IMG/VR virus record: IMGVR_UViG_3300029267_000655
Location: 1-60,552 of that record
DNA length: 60,552 bases
DNA from: a virus
Taxonomy: Duplodnaviria > Caudoviricetes
Strand: one strand, 5' to 3'
Shown here: in pieces, positions 55,429 to 60,552 of the stretch
Layout of the letters: every line of letters starts with the position of its first letter
Position numbering within the stretch: position 1 is the first letter of the stretch
Program-made: the position numbers and the translations under genes
The notes under the pieces: generated by a model
Told to the model about the DNA's origin: nothing
Database searches by the model: none
The model's input: only the letters and a program-made list of their open reading frames with translations

Positions 55429-56289
55429 CTATTGTCCTCCTTTGATAAGTTTGTCGATATCCTCAAAAGTCGGGTCTACGATACAGTCTGGATACACTGT
55501 TCCCTTAGGTAACCGGAACTTTGTCGTATAGGTCGCATCAGGAGCAACCCGTAGGCAATACTCTATCTTACCTGTGTCTACAACCCGTTCCTTAACCTTA
55601 CCACCAATCTTACTCTTCTTAACCTCCATCTTGCTTCGTTTGAACGTCTGACAGATATAGTCACAAGCAGGATTCAACCAACCCACAACACTAGGAGTAA
55701 GAGCACTAGCAACGTAAGGAAGAATAACGTCACTATCATCCGAAGGTGTAAAGTCTCTTTCTTGAGCTACGATAACTATGTGCTGCTGAAGGTTGAGTAG
55801 CTGACGTAGACGCTCCTTCATTTGGACTGCTACTTGACCCCAGTCCTGTTGTTGAGCGATACCCCAACTAAGTTGAGCAGGAATCTCGTCTAGCTCTAGA
55901 ACTTCCTTCAGTACCAAGTCTTGAAGACCGCTAGCATGATCTAAAACAATAGTCTGAAACTTCGAGTCTTTAGCATACTCAACCAATTCGTTAAGCTCAC
56001 CAGAACTCTCTAGGTTTACAGATTCGATCTGCTTACGAGCATCCAACGGAACGCTACGAAGCTCACCGCTACCTACACCCCCACTACAGATGATCGTCAT
56101 GATAGGTTTAGGGAAGCTACTCCAAAACGTAGTCTTACCGCTACCACTCCTACCGTAGAGATTGATTTTATAGCCTACGTCTTCAACCGACATAGGTCCA
56201 AGTCTATCTAACACTCCTCCAGACTTCTTATTAGTCGTTGCTGTTGGTTTCTTCTTAGTCGGTCTCTTAACTCTCTTGACTGTAGGCAT
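55429..56289 (-). CDS. Sak4-like (AAA_24) recombination ATPase
   Basis: LYGRSGSGKTT, TIVLD, QQDWG, VAQE, VDPTF. Confidence 0.85.
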   Translation of the reverse strand: MPTVKRVKRPTKKKPTATTNKKSGGVLDRLGPMSVEDVGYKINLYGRSGSGKTTFWSSFPKPIMTIICSGGVGSGELRSVPLDARKQIESVNLESSGELNELVEYAKDSKFQTIVLDHASGLQDLVLKEVLELDEIPAQLSWGIAQQQDWGQVAVQMKERLRQLLNLQQHIVIVAQERDFTPSDDSDVILPYVASALTPSVVGWLNPACDYICQTFKRSKMEVKKSKIGGKVKERVVDTGKIEYCLRVAPDATYTTKFRLPKGTVYPDCIVDPTFEDIDKLIKGGQ

Positions 56290-57389
56290 CAGTCCTCCAA
56301 TTCAGGATAGAAGCTGTCGTTAAACTCAAGCTCTGTATTCGATCCTTCGTCTAGGTACGTATCGTAGTCCGTAGGTAGTCCAGCACTAATAGGATTGAAC
56401 ACCCCATAAGGTGTCCTGTAGTTGATTTCTGAAGAGAATGGTTCGGCTAGTCCTTCATCGCTAGACACAAAGTCCCACCACTTACAGAACTGTTCTAGTA
56501 CGTTTCTAAGAGTTTGTTTATAGAACCGTGTAACGTCCATCTCATCTAGTTGAACGTCAAACCTAGAGAAGAACTCTTCAGGCTGTTCTCTAATAACGCT
56601 ACCAAGTCTCTCGTAGAACTCCGGCAGGCTTTCTCCTTTCGGGTTAGTCTTAGTCGGCTTCTTCTGAACTATGCTGCCCTTACCGCCTGTTAGCGGTCTC
56701 TTCATTACGTTGTAGAAGATGTTTTTGACGGGTTTATATGGTAGACCGTATTGATAGACAGCAGCAGACTCTTCGAGCGTTAAGACGTAGAACATCGTCT
56801 GAAAGTCAAACGCTAGTTGAGACGCCTTCTTGTCTGGATTGTAATACATCCCTCCATGAGCTTTGTTTTCACATAGAGCTAGCGACTGGTTTTTACCGCT
56901 ACCGACTAAGTCAACACCGTCCCACTTACCCTTCAAATAGACGTTAGCAAGACGAGAGCCACCGACGTTAGGTATAGCGATTCCAATACAGAATACTTGT
57001 TCTCTAAGTAGTGGTTCAACTTTCTTGCGTGTTAGCTGCTTCTGTCCTTTCCAGTAGTCTAAGTAGACTTCGTATTGGACAAGACACACACTCATCCACT
57101 TAGCAATAGTCTCTTGTTGTAGCGGGTACTTCTTAGCGAGTTTGGTAGCATAGTTGGTTATAGCTTTCTTCCAGTCCTTGCCTTTACCGTGTGCTTCCTC
57201 TGCTTCATGAAACATATTACCATACTCAAGACCTTCTCTAAACGTCTCTGGTCCTTTCAATCCTTCAACAAGTCTAATCCTAGACCGCTCTCTACAGACT
57301 AGCCACTGTTGAAGCATGCTCTGAGTTATTCCCCCGTTCTCTTTATAGTACGGTCCTGCCCACACCGGTCTCTTCTTCGACTTAGACAT
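56289..57389 (-). CDS. PD-(D/E)XK (Cas4/RecB-like) exonuclease
   Basis: TQSML...C, YGNMFH, E, KGKWD, ENK, QTMFY. Confidence 0.8.
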   Translation of the reverse strand: MSKSKKRPVWAGPYYKENGGITQSMLQQWLVCRERSRIRLVEGLKGPETFREGLEYGNMFHEAEEAHGKGKDWKKAITNYATKLAKKYPLQQETIAKWMSVCLVQYEVYLDYWKGQKQLTRKKVEPLLREQVFCIGIAIPNVGGSRLANVYLKGKWDGVDLVGSGKNQSLALCENKAHGGMYYNPDKKASQLAFDFQTMFYVLTLEESAAVYQYGLPYKPVKNIFYNVMKRPLTGGKGSIVQKKPTKTNPKGESLPEFYERLGSVIREQPEEFFSRFDVQLDEMDVTRFYKQTLRNVLEQFCKWWDFVSSDEGLAEPFSSEINYRTPYGVFNPISAGLPTDYDTYLDEGSNTELEFNDSFYPELED

Positions 57390-57426
57390 CCACCTACGTC
57401 CTCCGATAGAACCTACATCCCCTACA

Positions 57427-57459
57427 ACCTATTATAAACCCTAAGGCAACCCCCTAGAA
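57427..57459 (-). promoter_or_regulatory. Possible leftward promoter
   Basis: TATAATAGGT in an intergenic gap, identical to the motif at 385-394; -35 is weak. Confidence 0.4.
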
Positions 57460-58020
57460 AGGGCAGCTAACCTCTTCAAATAAGTCCGAGAGCTGAACTA
57501 TCTGTTGCTGTATAGCTAGTCCTCTCTGACTGATGTCAGCTCTGAGAATAGCCGCAGGGTGTACAATCTCTACCGATGCTGTGTCCCTATACCACTCGTC
57601 GTCTTTGACAATCTTAGGCAACCACTTAGCAGCTAGCTTACCCACACAAACGAACGCACAAGGCTTAGCTACTCTAATGAACTCTAAGAGTCTTTCGGAG
57701 CAGGCTTGAATATGTTCCTTATGAGGTTCGTTGATCTTGTTACCGCCTAGCTCATCTTTAGGTATGCAACAGACCAAGTTAGTAAACGCTAGACGTACTT
57801 CACTCCCTCCAGCTTGTTCGATGGTAACGTCTAGTAACTTACCAGCAGGTCCAACAAATGGTTTACCTAGCACGTCTTCCGATTGACCCGGAGCTTCTCC
57901 GATAAACAACACGTCACAAGGTAGCTTACCTCTAGCTAGCACTGTCTTTCTTCGTACGTCACACAATTCACACTCAGTACAGTCTATCCACCGTTTCTTG
58001 AATGTAGTGTACTTTGACAT
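57454..58020 (-). CDS. Uracil-DNA glycosylase family 4 (Fe-S type)
   Basis: CTECELC, GEAPG, GKPFVGPAGKLL, TNLVCCIP, HPAA. Confidence 0.92.
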   Translation of the reverse strand: MSKYTTFKKRWIDCTECELCDVRRKTVLARGKLPCDVLFIGEAPGQSEDVLGKPFVGPAGKLLDVTIEQAGGSEVRLAFTNLVCCIPKDELGGNKINEPHKEHIQACSERLLEFIRVAKPCAFVCVGKLAAKWLPKIVKDDEWYRDTASVEIVHPAAILRADISQRGLAIQQQIVQLSDLFEEVSCPF

Positions 58021-58322
58021 CAGTTACTGTCCTCCATGTATTGTACTGCTCTTTGTAAGTCTTCCTGAGTCTTTAACCCTCTCTCAAGTTCCTCCGCGGT
58101 GTAAGCAAACCCAGGGACTAAGCTATCTGTAGGTAAGTTGGTAGTGATATTATCTACGTCCATACCAAACACTTCAGACAACCTAAACGCTAGCTGACTT
58201 CTTTGCATCAGAACCAACCTACAGAACTCCTCCAACTCCTCTCTAGGTAAGTCTGCTACAAACTGTTTGACCCTAACGATTCTCCTGTTGGACGCTCTGA
58301 TAGCTTCTTCCCTAGGTAACAC
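58020..58322 (-). CDS. Hypothetical protein
   Basis: Overlap-coupled in the operon. Confidence 0.6.
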   Translation of the reverse strand: MLPREEAIRASNRRIVRVKQFVADLPREELEEFCRLVLMQRSQLAFRLSEVFGMDVDNITTNLPTDSLVPGFAYTAEELERGLKTQEDLQRAVQYMEDSN

Positions 58323-58782
58323 TGTTCAATCTCCTTCCGTATTCAGCGATCAACAAAGCATCACAAGTGGATTTGGTTATCTTATCATAGGGAAACAACT
58401 GCTCTGCTTTGTTGAGTAATCGGGTCTTGAATTGTGTCTTGGTCTCGTTAGGTTTCCTAGCGACTACACCTAAACTCTTCTGCCAAGTCCTAGGTGTAAC
58501 GTATTCATAGGAGAATCTACTAGCGGTGAGAGCCATCTGTAGCATTCCGTAGTTCTCACCAAACGTGAACATAGACTTTACACCTTGACCCGGCATAGAG
58601 TGAACTTTCTCTATGTAGGCTCTAGTCCTATAACCGTGTTCCGTTGCAACCATATCTAACCACTCAAAGATTCCTTTGACGGTTTTAGGCATAGCTACAG
58701 CATCCCAAGACTGATCAGGATAGATAACTGCTAGTCCTCCGGTCTTACCTGGATCAATACCTATAAATGTGTCTTTGCTCAT
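58312..58782 (-). CDS. RuvC-like Holliday junction resolvase
   Basis: IGIDPGKTGG, IEKV, SMFTFG, VTPRTWQK, DALLIAEY. Confidence 0.88.
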   Translation of the reverse strand: MSKDTFIGIDPGKTGGLAVIYPDQSWDAVAMPKTVKGIFEWLDMVATEHGYRTRAYIEKVHSMPGQGVKSMFTFGENYGMLQMALTASRFSYEYVTPRTWQKSLGVVARKPNETKTQFKTRLLNKAEQLFPYDKITKSTCDALLIAEYGRRLNSVT

Positions 58783-58982
58783 CGAACTCTCTCCATCTTT
58801 CCGAAGCAAGTTATGCTCACACTGTTTTCAACACAGCTTATGGTGACGTTGTATCTACCTGACTGAGCTTTGTTGCGGACCTGTTGCATCATGGATTTGA
58901 TAGTACAGTCGAAGTCTACTCCTTGAACCAGGTTGGTCGTCTTACCCTTCTTGAAGATACTTTTCCAGTTGTACTTACTCAT
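58779..58982 (-). CDS. Hypothetical protein
   Basis: ATGA-coupled at both ends. Confidence 0.6.
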   Translation of the reverse strand: MSKYNWKSIFKKGKTTNLVQGVDFDCTIKSMMQQVRNKAQSGRYNVTISCVENSVSITCFGKMERVR

Positions 58983-59323
58983 CCTCTCCCTCTCTTCTTA
59001 ACCTTTGTCAACTTCATGTGTTCTGGGTTGATACAGTTAGGAGTACCGCAGATAGACTTAACTGACCTGTCTTTCATCAATCGTTTTTCTGAAGGAGAGG
59101 CTGTGAAGTGATAGAACATCAGTCGTCTGACCATGTACCTAGTACCGTCTATGATCATCGTAGCGTAGCCAGCAGCAGACGTAGTACCGAACCAACTCCA
59201 GCAACCTGTCAAACCGACCTTGTAGTTACCTTCAATACGTCTCTCTAGTGTCTCTTTGGTTACTTTCAACTTACTACTCCTAACAAGAACAACAAACCGA
59301 CTACAGGTAATACAACCAACCAA
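58979..59323 (-). CDS. HNH_3-like protein, catalytic His apparently lost
   Basis: GCWSWFG...GYA...VRRL...ICGTPNCINPEHM; the true start is probably further downstream. Confidence 0.65.
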   Translation of the reverse strand: MVGCITCSRFVVLVRSSKLKVTKETLERRIEGNYKVGLTGCWSWFGTTSAAGYATMIIDGTRYMVRRLMFYHFTASPSEKRLMKDRSVKSICGTPNCINPEHMKLTKVKKRGRG

Positions 59324-59388
59324 GCGAACAGACCTAAGTAGACACCAATCAACATCAGGAAGTAGATAGTGTCACTCCTGTCGTCACG

Positions 59389-59790
59389 TCACACCCTCTC
59401 GCCCCGCAACATCGCCACGATATCCCGGCCAAGGCTCTGCCAGCACAAAATGCTAAGCGGCACGCGCTGAACCTCTACCAATAACACGCGGCCACTGTGC
59501 TCATGCGACGCCTCGATGAATTGCGTTTCCGGCTGCCACTCGAATCGCCAGCCCTCGCTGCGAGCGTGCTCGTAGCGGTTCGGTCGCCGATGCTCCCAGT
59601 GGTCGACTACGTCGTCAAACGTGATGTCGAAATCGCGCCCGTCATTGTGCTCGCCACGCGGATCGCACACCGTCAGCCTCCGCTGGTCAGTGACCACGCC
59701 CCGAACCAGCATGATCATGTCGTTGCCGATGTCGACCAAATCGTCCGGCTCATAACTAGCCGATGCTGCGGTCTCATTCTCGTTGCTCAT
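59389..59790 (-). CDS. Hypothetical protein (GC-rich, cassette-like)
   Basis: GAGGA RBS; lies next to an attC half-site. Confidence 0.65.
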   Translation of the reverse strand: MSNENETAASASYEPDDLVDIGNDMIMLVRGVVTDQRRLTVCDPRGEHNDGRDFDITFDDVVDHWEHRRPNRYEHARSEGWRFEWQPETQFIEASHEHSGRVLLVEVQRVPLSILCWQSLGRDIVAMLRGERV

Positions 59791-59808
59791 ACCATCCTCG
59801 CTTTCTGT

Positions 59809-59833
59809 TCGCCGCTGATCGCTGACGTTATCC
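59809..59833 (+). mobile_element. attC: Truncated attC (right arm only)
   Basis: ...CGCCGCTGATCGCTGAC-GTTATCC; R' core complementary to the R'' (GGATAAC) of the next site; left arm absent. Confidence 0.55.
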
Positions 59834-60040
59834 GCCAGCTTCTTGACGAAAGCGTTCCCATTGCGCCACCATAAAATCCGCCAGTTCGTTTCTCTCCTCA
59901 GCCGTCAACCGTCGAGGGTGAATCAATTCCGCGTCGTATCCTCCGTAGACCATTCCCCCAGCAATCCCGATAATCCCATGGTTTGCGTATTCGTCTCGCC
60001 CGGTCGTTTCAAACGTCACTGTGTCGCCGTTTATTTTCAT
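59828..60040 (-). CDS. Cassette-borne hypothetical protein (MKINGDTVTFETTG...)
   Basis: Its TAA stop lies inside the complement of the GTTATCC core. Confidence 0.7.
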   Translation of the reverse strand: MKINGDTVTFETTGRDEYANHGIIGIAGGMVYGGYDAELIHPRRLTAEERNELADFMVAQWERFRQEAGG

Positions 60041-60055
60041 TTTGCACCAAAGAAC

Positions 60056-60145
60056 GGATAACAAGGCGTTGCACGGGAGCCGCCGGCAACGCGGGTTTTG
60101 AAATCAATGTCGTTCACGGCGGCCCCGTGAACTTGGCCGTTATCC
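60056..60145 (+). mobile_element. attC: Integron attC site (complete, 90 bp)
   Basis: R'' GGATAAC, 5-nt spacer, left arm GTT[G]CACGGG[A]GCCGCCG pairing perfectly with CGGCGGCCCCGTGAAC apart from two extrahelical bases, 6-nt spacer, R' GTTATCC. Confidence 0.85.
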
Positions 60146-60370
60146 GTCGCATTCTTTACAAATTGCATCCGTGCAACCATGTGATGCCTTTCGGTGTTCG
60201 CGGTTGAGCCTAGTTCTACATGCCGCCAACCTAACCAGAAGCTCCCTGCAAGCATCGGCAAGATCAATAACCGTCTGATGGCAGCTCTCTCCTGATTCAA
60301 CCCACTCTGGCGTAATGCGCCGCAACGCTTCGTGCACCTCACGATCCTGACCGTCGCAAAATACTGTCAT
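60140..60370 (-). CDS. Cassette-borne hypothetical protein (MTVFCDGQDREVH...); also the C-terminus of the origin-spanning ORF
   Basis: TAA stop inside the attC core; ATG at 60370. Confidence 0.6.
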   Translation of the reverse strand: MTVFCDGQDREVHEALRRITPEWVESGESCHQTVIDLADACRELLVRLAACRTRLNREHRKASHGCTDAICKECDG

Positions 60371-60408
60371 CTCCACCCCGTCGCGTATCTCAACCCGAGT
60401 ACCAATTG

Positions 60409-60552
60409 ACGGATAACAAGGCGTTGCACGGGAGCCGCCGGCAACGCGGGTTTTGAAATCAATGTCGTTCACGGTGCCGCCGTGAACTTGGCCGTTATGC
60501 CTCAAACTTGGGCAGGCGGTCCCCCACTCAACACCCGGTTTAAGTCTGACCC
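60409..60552. repeat. Terminal direct repeat, right copy
   Basis: Identical to 1-144. Confidence 0.95.
60411..60500 (+). mobile_element. attC: Integron attC site (second near-identical copy)
   Basis: Differs from 60056-60145 only in the right arm (cggtgccgcc vs cggcggcccc) and in R' (GTTATGC). Confidence 0.8.

Noticed and set aside
7318-59380. Amber (TAG) stop-codon reassignment suggested by the abundance of CTAG/TAG
   Set aside because: Genes are full length in code 11 and many end in TAG directly before the next gene. No suppressor tRNA is present: tRNA-Leu has anticodon TAG and reads CTA.
60037-60342. 101-aa minus-strand ORF crossing attC
   Set aside because: It is an alternative frame over the better-supported cassette gene, and its similarity to the 60140..60505 ORF comes only from translating the attC repeat.
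59809-60500. CRISPR array
   Set aside because: The repeats are 90 bp with ~220-265 bp protein-coding spacers and attC architecture. There is no cas operon; the Cas4-like nuclease sits in a normal Sak4/SSB recombination module.

Overview
The window is a complete circular (or circularly permuted) genome of a tailed dsDNA phage. Bases 1-144 are identical to 60409-60552, giving a unit length of 60,408 bp. The tail-tube, chaperone-frameshift and tape-measure genes, with no sheath gene, indicate a siphovirus-type virion. No integrase or repressor is recognisable, so it looks lytic. A Planctomycetota host is inferred from a Planctomycete-type HTH regulator, a CsrA homolog and the style of its attC sites. 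Layout: (1) 0.8-7.1 kb, + strand, early genes behind repeated sigma70-like promoters (DenV/histone-like/ParB-like fusion, UvrD-like helicase, HTH regulator); (2) 7.3-38.3 kb, - strand, virion operon (terminases, portal, MuF with a HEXXH extension, DUF2213-like protein, capsid, tail) with an inserted lipase/protease/nuclease/PAS block, ending in three glycosyltransferases and a sulfotransferase; (3) 39-59 kb, - strand, replication and DNA-modification genes plus three tRNAs; (4) 59.4-60.5 kb, a GC-rich integron attC cassette array. Main highlights: a thymidine-hypermodification cluster (dUMP hydroxymethylase, split 5hmdU DNA kinase, amino acid:DNA transferase, radical SAM, FAD oxidase, aldo/keto reductase) whose enzyme combination predicts a base I cannot match to a known pathway; integron cassettes in a phage with no integrase; a CsrA homolog missed by the ORF track because it has no canonical start codon; and a virion glycosylation/sulfation module with a recurring GTGT peptide motif. 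All protein calls come from motif recognition by eye, not database searches.
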